Of a DNA stretch of 64,000 nucleotides, positions 54,421 to 63,481 are shown piece after piece. How positions within the stretch are numbered: the stretch's first letter is position 1; every line of letters begins with the position of its first letter. Source of the stretch: an uncultured Gammaproteobacteria bacterium (GTDB taxonomy: Bacteria; Pseudomonadota; Gammaproteobacteria; Steroidobacterales; Rariloculaceae); the NCBI GenBank assembly GCA_964466315.1, contig CAYXNS010000001.1:11255-75254 (forward strand), read 5' to 3'. A program made the position numbers and the translations under genes. The notes under the pieces were generated by a model that ran no database searches, was not told the origin of the DNA, and worked only from the letters and a program-made list of their open reading frames with translations.

Positions 54421-54862
54421 CCGGGGACATGGGTAACACTTTTGGGATAAACGGGTTTCCGACACGTTGGGGTACCCAGTCTAGTCCGCGTCGGTGCATA
54501 GTACTCGAGCCGCCGAATCGACCCATTTCGAGCTTTGGCGTTCTTGAGATTTGAGACTTTACGAGCAGGGTCTTGCTCTTGAACGAGCCTCCAGCGCCCC
54601 CATATCTACCGTAACCAGGCCGCGGCGCCGGGGAGGTGCCGGCGAATGCGCGGCGCGAGATCTGGAGATCAGAGTGAATGCGGAGTACGTACCTAGTGCG
54701 GTCATCAACGCTCATTTGCGGCTCATGGCGCTGAATTTTCAATCGTGGAAGCCGGACGTCGAGAAGTGGTTGCACAGCGAAGAGGCCGAGGAATCACTAC
54801 AGGAGCTGTTGGCGCATGTGCCCTGCTCCTCAACCCTTCATTGAGCCCCTGTATCGCGTAAC

Positions 54863-54877
54863 ACACGCGACGCGTGT
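54863..54877. repeat. 15-bp perfect palindrome ACACGCG-A-CGCGTGT upstream of PQQ dehydrogenase paralog 2
   Basis: Read directly from the sequence, 105 nt upstream of ATG 54983. Confidence 0.9.
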
Positions 54878-54982
54878 CAGCGTCAAATAGGCTCGGGTGG
54901 TCCCCATTACGACCTGATTTTCGTGCGATAATCTGGCGCATAAGAACAGTCGTACGCTGGCAATCGACGCAAGGGGACCCGA

Positions 54983-56197
54983 ATGTCTGGGCTCAACTTT
55001 TTCGAATACTCTCGACCGGCCATCGGCCATCCCGTCACACGATTTCTCACACTCGCAAGCGTACTGGCGTTCTCCGTGCCCGTGCTGGTGTCTGCCCAAT
55101 CGAGGGTCTACGAATCGACGGAACACAACTTCCGTCTGGTGACGATAGCGGAGCGGTTGGAGCATCCTTGGAGCATCGCTTTCCTGCCGGATGGCGACAT
55201 ACTCGTCACGGAACGGCCCGGACGGCTGCGGATCATCAGAGACGGTAAGCTTCTGCCCGAGCCTGTCGAGGGTGTTCCCGAAGTCCGGGTCGGTAATCAA
55301 GGCGGGCTGGCGGAGGTGTTGCCGCATCCCGATTTCGAATCTAACCGTCTGCTCTATCTGAGCTACGCGAAGTCGCGCGATGGCGGTGCGGAGGGCACGA
55401 CGGTCGTCGTCCGCGGGCGTTTCGAAGACGACCGCCTAGCCGACGTCGAGGAGATCTTCGAGGCGGAAGCCTGGGTAGCGGGCATGGGGCACTATGGTGC
55501 GAAACTCGCGTTCGACGACGACGGCTATCTCTTCGTCACGGTAGGCGATCGTCAAGCGCCGCCGAAGGGTGATCTCGAAGCGCACCCGGCGCAGAACACG
55601 ATGAACAATCAGGGGACGATCAACCGTATTTACGATGACGGCAGAATTCCAGCGGATAATCCCTTCGTTAACGATCGGGACTTCCGGCCGGAGATCTGGA
55701 GCTACGGTCATCGCAATCCGCAGGGTCTCGCTATCCATCCGGAAACGGGCGATGTCTGGGCGACCGAGCACGGCCCGCAGGGTGGCGACGAGCTCAATCT
55801 CATCTTGCCGGGACGAAATTATGGCTGGCCCATCATCGGCTACGGTGTGAATTACCGAACGGGGATTCCGATTCACGATAGGAACGAACACGCGGGGATG
55901 GAGCAGCCTGCGGCGTTCTGGATTCCGTCCATCGGCGCGTCGGGTCTCATGATCTACGACGGCGACAGGTTCCCCGAGTGGCGGGGCAACATCTTCGCCG
56001 GCGGGCTGGCCGCGAACCATCGGCGCCTTACGCGTTTCATGATCGACGGCCGTCGCGTCGCGACCAGAGAGCCGCTCATGCTCGGCGAGTACCGGATCCG
56101 CGACGTTCGCCAGAGCCCGGACGGCTATATCTATCTGGCGATAGATCATCGCGGCGGTGATCTGACGGAGGTCTTGAGGATGGAACCGGCCGACTAG
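54983..56197 (+). CDS. PQQ-dependent sugar dehydrogenase (YliI-like), paralog 2
   Basis: 404 aa with a signal peptide. Motifs: HPWSIAFLPDGDILVTERPGRLRII, HYGAKLAFDDDGYLFVTVGD, GHRNPQGLA, RNYGWP. Confidence 0.88.
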   Translation: MSGLNFFEYSRPAIGHPVTRFLTLASVLAFSVPVLVSAQSRVYESTEHNFRLVTIAERLEHPWSIAFLPDGDILVTERPGRLRIIRDGKLLPEPVEGVPEVRVGNQGGLAEVLPHPDFESNRLLYLSYAKSRDGGAEGTTVVVRGRFEDDRLADVEEIFEAEAWVAGMGHYGAKLAFDDDGYLFVTVGDRQAPPKGDLEAHPAQNTMNNQGTINRIYDDGRIPADNPFVNDRDFRPEIWSYGHRNPQGLAIHPETGDVWATEHGPQGGDELNLILPGRNYGWPIIGYGVNYRTGIPIHDRNEHAGMEQPAAFWIPSIGASGLMIYDGDRFPEWRGNIFAGGLAANHRRLTRFMIDGRRVATREPLMLGEYRIRDVRQSPDGYIYLAIDHRGGDLTEVLRMEPAD

Positions 56198-56213
56198 ACG
56201 TTAGGTTTCGCGA

Positions 56214-56258
56214 AAAATAGGGCCAGATCCCTTTTTTAAAGGGATCTGGCCCTATTTT
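56214..56258. terminator. 21-bp perfect-stem hairpin (bidirectional terminator or REP-like element)
   Basis: AAAATAGGGCCAGATCCCTTT-ttt-AAAGGGATCTGGCCCTATTTT. It is flanked by an outer imperfect inverted repeat, ttaggtttcgcg (56201-56212) and cgcgaacctaa (56267-56277). Confidence 0.6.
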
Positions 56259-56404
56259 CCTCCAGCCGCGAACCTAAAAAAACTGTAACGCCTCGAGGAT
56301 TTCGACCGGAACAACTCTTTCAAGTCGCAGGCGGCTGAGCTGACGGCGAAATTCAGCTATACCTTCCGGTTCTGAGAAAAATGGCCCCTTTTTATGTCGC
56401 GATA

Positions 56405-57343
56405 CTAATCTAGCTGCGTACCGAGCAGTCCCTCGTCAGCGTAGCGCGCCAGCAGGCGGTCGTCATGCGCTGGCACGACAATGATCCCATCGTTGTCCAT
56501 CACCTGCTTGATCCACGTCATCTGGTGCATGAGCGCCTGTGGGTCTTCTTTTACTCGCGCGATGGTTGCGGCCGGCCGCAGTTTGAGTTCGGTGATGTTG
56601 TCGAGCGACCAGCCGATGTCGCCGATGAACAGGAGCTCACGGCTGTCGGCGAGTTGAACGAAGATCATCTGATGCCCGTGCGTGTGACCCGGTGACTTGA
56701 TCAGAACGATACCGGGCGCGACCGGTAGTATCTGTTCGTAGTCGACCACGATGTAGTCGCGCGCCGCCGCCGGCGTCAACGTGATTTCAGGAAGCTGTGG
56801 CGCGAAATTCAGCGTCCGGACCTGGTCTTTTGTCAGCAGGGTTTTGGGCGCGAGCTCATCACGGTAATCGCTTCTAAGAACACCGGCGACGTGATCGCCG
56901 TGCTCGTGCGTGATGAGGATGAGCTGTGATTCCCGGAGTGCTGCCTGAATCGAATCGTTAACGTTCTGCCAGTATGGTTCATCCCGACCGAATCCATAGA
57001 AGCGGTGCACCGTTTCATCCATGCCGCTATCGACCATGACGGTGCCGTCCGAAAAGACGACCTGGAAAGCCGTGCGTGCCGAAATAAAAGGTTCGTCACT
57101 GCCGTCTTCGATGACCGCAGCATACGTGCGATGGCTCTCGGCGACTTTCACGAAGTTGACGGAAGTGGCCAGGCCTCCCGGCACCGTGGAAGCGGCCTGG
57201 CGAACGCGCTGCAGTAGATCTTGTGGATAGGGTTCAGACTCGCTGGGGATCAGATCGTCTGTATTCGCGCCGAGTGAGCCGCGCAGGACCATGGCCAGCA
57301 TGAGACCAGCCAGTCCGATACCGAGAACTTTCTTGGTTTGCAT
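56405..57343 (-). CDS. Secreted MBL-fold metallo-hydrolase
   Basis: 312 aa with a signal peptide and the HxHxDH motif in ILITHEHGDHVAG. Confidence 0.85.
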   Translation of the reverse strand: MQTKKVLGIGLAGLMLAMVLRGSLGANTDDLIPSESEPYPQDLLQRVRQAASTVPGGLATSVNFVKVAESHRTYAAVIEDGSDEPFISARTAFQVVFSDGTVMVDSGMDETVHRFYGFGRDEPYWQNVNDSIQAALRESQLILITHEHGDHVAGVLRSDYRDELAPKTLLTKDQVRTLNFAPQLPEITLTPAAARDYIVVDYEQILPVAPGIVLIKSPGHTHGHQMIFVQLADSRELLFIGDIGWSLDNITELKLRPAATIARVKEDPQALMHQMTWIKQVMDNDGIIVVPAHDDRLLARYADEGLLGTQLD

Positions 57344-57388
57344 GTCAATTAATCCGGAATGCCGAGCATGCGGGGATTGTGGCGCTCG

Positions 57389-57901
57389 TTACTGGATGGC
57401 TTCCAGCATGAAATCAATGGCTTCGAGAATTTCTTCGTCGGTGAGATCTAGGCGCCCACCCTTCGGCGGCATATAGCCCGCTTCGCCCGTATAGCCGTTT
57501 AAGACATGGTCCTGTATCAGGTCCGGGCTTTGCTCGATCCGTGTTGCCCAAGCCGCGACATCGCCGTGCACTGGTGCGCCACCGACGCCGGGAGCCGCAT
57601 GGCAGAGATAGCAAATGTCGTTGTAGACCTGCGGTCCGGAAAGCGGTGCGCGAACCGTCTCGGTGGCAACGGATACGGCGGCCACGGTACCGACATCCGG
57701 ATCTCCGAGCAACGCGACCTGGCCGATAGGCCGAATACGGTCTTCAGTGAGCGAGATGGGGGAGACTTCGTCCCCGGTGTCACTGGCGGCATTCTCGTCG
57801 CCGACGAAATCGGCAAAAATGACTATCCCGGCGATTGCCCCGATCCAGACTCCCAGCAACAGCAGAAAGCCATCGAAAAATTTCTGTTCTTGATTAGCCA
57901 A
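57389..57901 (-). CDS. Membrane-anchored monoheme cytochrome c (c5-like)
   Basis: N-terminal TM helix, linker, then CYLCH and the C-terminal MPPKGG motif typical of cytochrome c5. Confidence 0.85.
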   Translation of the reverse strand: MANQEQKFFDGFLLLLGVWIGAIAGIVIFADFVGDENAASDTGDEVSPISLTEDRIRPIGQVALLGDPDVGTVAAVSVATETVRAPLSGPQVYNDICYLCHAAPGVGGAPVHGDVAAWATRIEQSPDLIQDHVLNGYTGEAGYMPPKGGRLDLTDEEILEAIDFMLEAIQ

Positions 57902-57952
57902 AGCGCACTCCTCGGGCGACGCGGGCGAATTATATCGGTATTGGTGGGACGC

Positions 57953-59282
57953 TCAAAGCGGCCGATCGAGGCAACGCAGCTGGATCGCTTCGGCGATATG
58001 CAGCACGGCGACGTCCGCTACTGCGTGGAGATCGGCGATCGTTCTCGCGACCTTGAGAATCCGCGTGCAGCTTCGAGCGCTGAGCTGCCAGCGCTCGGCG
58101 GCTCGAATCAACAGTGGTCGACTCTCCCGATCCAGCCCCACCTCCTTCCAGAGGCTACGGTCGGCGAGTCGCGCATTGAGTCGCCCGCAGGGCGGGCAAG
58201 TTGCCGCTCACGCGCATTGCGTACCGCCAGGGCCGCTTCCGCGCTGCCGCCGTCGGGCTCGGAGTTGGCGATCCGCGCCAGCGGTACCCGCGATAGTCCG
58301 ACTTGAAGGTCGAAGCGGTCCAGCAACGGCCCCGAGAGGCGGGATCGGTAGTATTGCAGGCGCGTTTCCGAGCACCCACATCGATCGCTGCCGTCCCCGA
58401 GGTAGCCGCAGGGACAGGGATTCATCGCCGCGACGAGCTGAAAAGCGGCCGGGAAGCGCGTGGTTTCGCTGGCGCGGGCGACCGTGATGACACCGCTCTC
58501 GAGTGGCTCGCGCAGCGCTTCCAATGCACTGCGCTGGAACTCAGGTAGCTCGTCCAGAAACAGGACGCCGAGATGCACCAGTGAAATCTCTCCGGGCCGT
58601 GGGCCGGCTGCCCCCACCGACGAGTGTGACCGACGAGGCGCTGTGATGGGGCGCCCTGAACGGCCGTTTCTTCGAGGCGATTTCGTCCGAGGGTCTGGCC
58701 GTGGACGTCCGCGAGTTCCGGCGCGCCATTCAGCCCGCATGGTGCTTCCGCCCGGGGCACCGGTTTCAGTGTCGCGGATCCATCGAGGTGCGCGATGACG
58801 TCGGCGAGCTCGCTTACCGGAAGGATCATCGCGTCATCGACGAGAGCTGCCTCGGGCGCGTTGCCCGCGGGAATGATGACCGCCCGCCCCGCATCTCGCG
58901 CCGCGAGTACAGCCGGCAACGCACCCTGTACCGGTCGCAACTCGCCACTCAGGGCGAGCTCACCGATAAATTCCGCCTTATCCGTCTGCCAGGAATGACC
59001 TTTGTCGGCCATGAGTACGCCGATCGCGATCGCCAAGTCGAAACGGCCGCCTTCCTTGGGAATGTCGGCAGGGCCTAAATGTGCGGTAATCCGGCTCGGA
59101 GGTATGGGGGAGCCCAGTGTCTGCAGCGCAGCGCGCACTCGATCCCGGCTATCGCGGACCGCGGCGGCTGGCAGGCCCGATATCGTGAATGACGGCAGCC
59201 CGCCCGTGAGATAGACTTCGGCGATAACTTCATAGGCATCCATGCCTCGCTGGCCACGACTGAGTAGACGGGCGAGCGCCAT
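57953..59282 (-). pseudogene. comM: comM/yifB (Mg-chelatase-like AAA+ ATPase) pseudogene: P-loop region deleted and at least 3 frameshifts
   Basis: The homologous segments lie in three different frames. These are the N-terminal Lon-like domain up to ELADVHGQ, then RPFRAPHHSASSVTLVGGGSRPT, then PGEISLVHLGVLFLDELPEF...AAMNPCPCG...SGPLLDRFD, then LNARLADRSLWKEVGLD...LSARSCTRILKVARTIADL...HIAEAIQLR. Only about 30 nt separate DVHGQ from RPFR, where roughly 90 aa including the Walker A motif are expected. Confidence 0.8.
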
Positions 59283-59322
59283 CGCTCAACCGTAGCCCCG
59301 ACGGGCCGTGCCGAAGCAACAA

Positions 59323-59577
59323 TCAGTCCGACGACTCGTCGAGCGCGGCGAGACGTGCCTCGAGCGCTTCGAGCTTCTCGCGGGTACGCTCCAATACGGC
59401 CACCTGTACGTCGAATTCCTCACGGGTAACGAGGTCCATCTTCTCCAGCCCCGTCTGTAGCAGCGATTTAAAGTTGCGCTCGAGATCTTCGCCCATTGCC
59501 TTGAGATTCTGCGGCACGGCTTCGGCCAACCGCCGGGCTAGATCATCGATACCGGGACGATCGGAACTATCGGTCAT
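59323..59577 (-). CDS. ubiK: Ubiquinone biosynthesis accessory factor UbiK (YqiC family)
   Basis: 84 aa, NFKSLLQTGLEKMDLVTREEFDVQVAVLERTREKLEALEARLAAL. Confidence 0.88.
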   Translation of the reverse strand: MTDSSDRPGIDDLARRLAEAVPQNLKAMGEDLERNFKSLLQTGLEKMDLVTREEFDVQVAVLERTREKLEALEARLAALDESSD

Positions 59578-59634
59578 TTGACTATCCTGTCTGTAGGTAC
59601 GGCGAGGGACACAACCCGAGATTTACGCCAGAAA

Positions 59635-59799
59635 CTAGTGGCCTGCCCCATAGATAACTTACCCAATTCGCCGTGCCTTATCGCGCCTGACCGCGTTGGG
59701 GCTCGTCGCAATAGTCCCGCTATTACTCGTCGCCGCACCTTGCCAGGCGCGATAAGCCGCAGCCAGATCACGCAAGTTATCTATGGGACAGGCCACTAG
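59635..59799. repeat. 165-bp nested inverted-repeat element (MITE-like or structured RNA)
   Basis: The outer 26-nt arms are complementary at 25/26 positions (59635-59660 and 59774-59799). The inner 13-bp arms are perfectly complementary (59677-59689 and 59744-59756). There is no ORF. Confidence 0.85.
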
Positions 59800-59943
59800 G
59801 TCCATGATACCCGCAATTAGGCATTGGCCGTGACTTAACTTAATCTAGCCTCCGAGGCGTAGAAAAAGGGCGAACTCAATCACGGGAGGACCGGAATCTG
59901 CGGTGCTAGACTGACCGGTATTACCCCGAGGGCACTGGTTATC

Positions 59944-60387
59944 ATGCGTTCTGGATGGTTCTATCTACTACTGCTGGTCGCGGGTTCTGTGTCGGTCGCA
60001 GAGGTCTACCGCTCCGTCGACGCGGACGGTAACGTGACCTATAGCGACCGACTGACCGGTGAGGATGCGGAGACGATCTTCATCGATACCGGGGCGGCTA
60101 CACCTACCCCGGCGGAAACAGCGAGTACCGACGCCGTGCCGACGGAGGCGGCTGAGACGGTCGATCCGGACGAGGACGATGAGCCGAGCTTCGTCGGGCC
60201 GACCGAAGAGGAAATCGCCGCCGAGCGAATGGAGAACTGTGGAATCGCACTCGATCGACAGGCGCGCTATGTTGCCGCGCACCGTATCTATCGGGGTACT
60301 GAAGAAGCGCGGGAGTATCTGAATGATACTGAACTCGATGCGATCCGTGCTCAGGCCGCTGCTGATGTCGAAGCGTGGTGCAACTGA
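59944..60387 (+). CDS. DUF4124 domain-containing secreted protein
   Basis: Signal peptide followed by EVYRSVDADGNVTYSDRLTGE, the DUF4124 signature. Confidence 0.8.
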   Translation: MRSGWFYLLLLVAGSVSVAEVYRSVDADGNVTYSDRLTGEDAETIFIDTGAATPTPAETASTDAVPTEAAETVDPDEDDEPSFVGPTEEEIAAERMENCGIALDRQARYVAAHRIYRGTEEAREYLNDTELDAIRAQAAADVEAWCN

Positions 60388-60451
60388 GCCGATCCGCGTC
60401 CGCGAATCAGGCGCGGGAGAAACTCCAAATCGGCGTCGCCGCACCACCCGC

Positions 60452-61540
60452 ATGAATAACCCAGCCGGGCCGTCGTGGCGACGTATCGCGTTCGATCCCG
60501 CGCCAGCGGACGATTTTTTCCTGCCTGATTTCTGTGCGCCGAGAATGGTGCTTGCGATCGTACTCGTCCTTGAGTTACTGGCGCTGACATTCGCGTTGGC
60601 ACGGCCCGGTGGTACGGCCTTTCTAACCGAACTGGCTCGAATCTCTCTGTTCATGCAGTGGCTCGGACTGACTGGTACAGCCGTGCTCTGCTATAGCCGC
60701 CGCTGGCTCGCCCGGTTCTCGGTACCTGTCGCCGTACTCACGGCGTTTGCGTTGCTGACGGCGAATGTCGTCATACTGTCCGAGGCCGCGTTCCTGCTCG
60801 GGCGCAATCTGAGCGAGCGGGGCATCAGCGGCAATCTTTTCCCCGAGTCCCACTGGGCGTTCCTGCTTCGAAACGTGGGTATCACGACTATCGTCACGGC
60901 GATGTTACTGCGCTATTTCTTTGTCGCCCATCAGTGGAGCTTGCATGTGCGCGCGGAAGCACGCGCGCGCATTCACGCATTGCAGGCACGTATCCGGCCG
61001 CATTTCTTCTTCAACAGCATGAACACGATCGCGTCGTTGACGCGCAGTAACCCGAGCCGCGCCGAAGACGCCGTCGCCGATCTCGCGGATCTATTTCGAG
61101 CGACGATGAAGGATTCGGAAGAGCCTTCGCACATGAGCGAAGAACTGGAATTATGCAGAACTTATCTCAGGATCGAGGCACTCAGACTAGGCGACCGCCT
61201 CGTCGTCGAGTGGCAACTGGGCGATGCGCTAATGTCCGCTATCGTGCCCAGTCTTACTATCCAACCGCTGCTGGAGAATGCGATACACCACGGGATCGAA
61301 CCCCTCGACGGCGGTGGGAAGGTTGTCGTCGCCGGCAGACTAAGCCGCGGTGATGTTGAGATCACCGTCACGAATTCGGTCACCGACACGACCGGGCGAT
61401 ATATCCGGCCCGGAAACCGACTGGCTCTTGAAAATATCCGCGAGCGCCTCAGTCTCGCCTACGGCGAACGTGGCCGCGTGGACGTAAGCGAGGAGGAGGG
61501 ATGCTACACCGTGACGCTCAGGTTTCCCTTCGAGGAATGA
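60452..61540 (+). CDS. algZ: LytS/AlgZ(FimS)-type sensor histidine kinase
   Basis: From ATG 60452: multi-TM N-terminus, the His_kinase motif LQARIRPHFFFNSMNTIASL, and an ATPase domain with N-box LLENAIHHG. Confidence 0.88.
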   Translation: MNNPAGPSWRRIAFDPAPADDFFLPDFCAPRMVLAIVLVLELLALTFALARPGGTAFLTELARISLFMQWLGLTGTAVLCYSRRWLARFSVPVAVLTAFALLTANVVILSEAAFLLGRNLSERGISGNLFPESHWAFLLRNVGITTIVTAMLLRYFFVAHQWSLHVRAEARARIHALQARIRPHFFFNSMNTIASLTRSNPSRAEDAVADLADLFRATMKDSEEPSHMSEELELCRTYLRIEALRLGDRLVVEWQLGDALMSAIVPSLTIQPLLENAIHHGIEPLDGGGKVVVAGRLSRGDVEITVTNSVTDTTGRYIRPGNRLALENIRERLSLAYGERGRVDVSEEEGCYTVTLRFPFEE

Positions 61541-62286
61541 CCGAGCCTGAACTACGCGTGTTGATAGTGGACGATGAGCCGCATGCACGCGAGCGTCTCG
61601 CGCATCTTCTCGGCGAGTTGCCCAACTGCGATGTCGTTGGACAATGCGGTACCGGGATTGAAGCGCTGAATCAGGTCGGTGAGCTGGAGCCCTCCGTCGT
61701 CTTGCTCGACATTCGCATGCCGGGCATGAGCGGGATCGAGACCGCCCGCCACCTCTCGGCGCTGCCAGACTCGCCAGCCGTAGTCTTCACGACGGCATAT
61801 GATGAGTACGCGATGGACGCCTTCGACGCCCAAGCCGTGGGATATCTGCTGAAGCCGGTGCGCAAGGAACGTCTCGAGCGAGCTCTGCTTCAGGCTGGCC
61901 GGTTGTCCGTATCGCAACTGAAACTCGTCGCCGCCAGCGAACAGGAAGTCGCACAACGGCAACACATCGCCATACGCGCGCGCGACGAACTCAGGTTGAT
62001 CCCCGTCAAAGATATTCTGTTTTTTTGCGCCGATCAGAAATATGTCAGCGTCCATCACGACGGGGGCGAGGACTTGATCGACGAGTCGTTGACCGAGCTT
62101 GCTGACGAATTCGCGCCGGAGTTTTCCCGCGTTCATCGCAGTACTCTCGTGTCCGTCAGCCATGTCGAGGCATTGGAGCGGGATCGGGAGGGCCGGCATT
62201 TCGTGCGTATCCGTGGCCGCGACGAGCTGCTGCCGGTGGGTCGGCGTCAAGTCGGCGATCTCAAGCGCCTCTTAACGGCGCGCTAG
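61537..62286 (+). CDS. algR: LytTR-family response regulator AlgR
   Basis: Receiver domain LRVLIVDDEPHARERL...[11 protein letters not shown] and a C-terminal LytTR domain. The ATG overlaps the algZ TGA (ATGA). Confidence 0.92.
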   Translation: MTEPELRVLIVDDEPHARERLAHLLGELPNCDVVGQCGTGIEALNQVGELEPSVVLLDIRMPGMSGIETARHLSALPDSPAVVFTTAYDEYAMDAFDAQAVGYLLKPVRKERLERALLQAGRLSVSQLKLVAASEQEVAQRQHIAIRARDELRLIPVKDILFFCADQKYVSVHHDGGEDLIDESLTELADEFAPEFSRVHRSTLVSVSHVEALERDREGRHFVRIRGRDELLPVGRRQVGDLKRLLTAR

Positions 62287-62359
62287 CGCTTGCCATTTGG
62301 CTTAAGACTGGAGCCGTGTGGTAAAAAGAGTGTTCCAGTCAACCCTTGAACGTAGATCC

Positions 62360-63481
62360 ATGAGTAAGCTCGACACGCCAGACGACGACGGGCAACCTGT
62401 CGCAGAGACCGCCGAGGCCTCGCCAGAGGAGTCGAAAGCCACTACGGCCGGAGCGCCTGAGCCCGCAACGCCACGACGCCGTGGTCCGTATCTCGCGAGT
62501 GGGCTGGCGCTGATCTGCGCCTTCTGTGCCGCCGCCGCCGGCTTCCTCTGGTGGCAATACCGGCAGTTTTACGTAGGCCTCGATCAGGCAGATACCGAAG
62601 CGGTCGTTTCGCTTCAGGCCGTTCGAGCGAGCGTCCGGGCGCTCGAGGATCGACTCGCGGATCTCTCGGCGGAGAATGAGACGACGCGTGGACTAGCGGC
62701 GGGCCTCGGCGAGCGCGTCGACGTACTGCCAGGACGGTTCCTCGACCTTGAGGAGCGACTGAACGCGGCTCAGGGCGTTTCGGACGACGCTCGCCGTAGC
62801 TGGCTCCGCGCCGAAGCGGAGTACTACCTGACCGTTGCCAACGCGGAGCTCAATCTGTCGGGACGCTGGGAGAACGCGGAGCGCGCGCTGGGGCTGGCTG
62901 ACGATAAATTATTGGAACTCGCCAACCCTGCGTTTGCCGGCGTGCGTGAGCGCATCGCCGCGGAATTCCTGGCGCTGCGTGCCGTGCGTCTGCCGGACAT
63001 AGAAGGACACAGTTTCAGTTTGAGCAGGCTGGCAGAGGCGGGCCGCACGTTGCCCATGCGATCGATTCCGCCGGGTGTCTACGAGACGGCGAACGACGCC
63101 CCCGAGGAGGAGGTGTCGGGTTTCGCAAGGGTCTGGCAGAGCTTGAAGAGCGCCATCGTGGGAATGGTCAGTATCGAGCGGCGCGATGATGCGGTCGTGC
63201 GTTCACTGTCCGCGGAAGAACAGGCATTGGTGCGCCAGCAGCTCGAACTGGAACTCGTTCTCGCGCGCCTCGGCCTGGTCAGAGGCCAACGCGAAGTCTT
63301 TCAGCAGAGTCTTAGCGCAGCAACGGCGCTGCTGGAGCGGCACTACGACACCACTGCAGTCTCTGTCGAGAGTTCCATCGCACTTCTCGTGGAGCTCGTC
63401 GACCTCGACATCGCCCCGGCGCGGCCAGATATCAGTGGCTCGCTGACTCTCCTGCGCAGCCTCGGCGACAGAGGCGGCTGA
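62360..63481 (+). CDS. hemX: HemX-like protein (annotated in other genomes as uroporphyrinogen-III C-methyltransferase HemX)
   Basis: Acidic N-terminus, one TM segment (LALICAFCAAAAGFLWW), a coiled coil and a HemX-like AEYYLTVANAELNLSG region. Confidence 0.75.
   Translation: MSKLDTPDDDGQPVAETAEASPEESKATTAGAPEPATPRRRGPYLASGLALICAFCAAAAGFLWWQYRQFYVGLDQADTEAVVSLQAVRASVRALEDRLADLSAENETTRGLAAGLGERVDVLPGRFLDLEERLNAAQGVSDDARRSWLRAEAEYYLTVANAELNLSGRWENAERALGLADDKLLELANPAFAGVRERIAAEFLALRAVRLPDIEGHSFSLSRLAEAGRTLPMRSIPPGVYETANDAPEEEVSGFARVWQSLKSAIVGMVSIERRDDAVVRSLSAEEQALVRQQLELELVLARLGLVRGQREVFQQSLSAATALLERHYDTTAVSVESSIALLVELVDLDIAPARPDISGSLTLLRSLGDRGG

Noticed and set aside
54365-54775. 136-aa reverse-strand ORF overlapping the tRNA-Arg gene and the tandem repeat.
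   Set aside because: It overlaps a confident tRNA, has no RBS or family features, and part of its sequence is simply the translated repeat.
56279-56404. A startless reverse-strand frame reading ...KKGPFFSEPEGIAEFRRQLSRLRLERVVPVEILEALQFF-stop, downstream of the MBL hydrolase.
   Set aside because: It has no start codon and no recognisable family, and it is only about 43 codons long. It may be a remnant, but the evidence is too weak to call.
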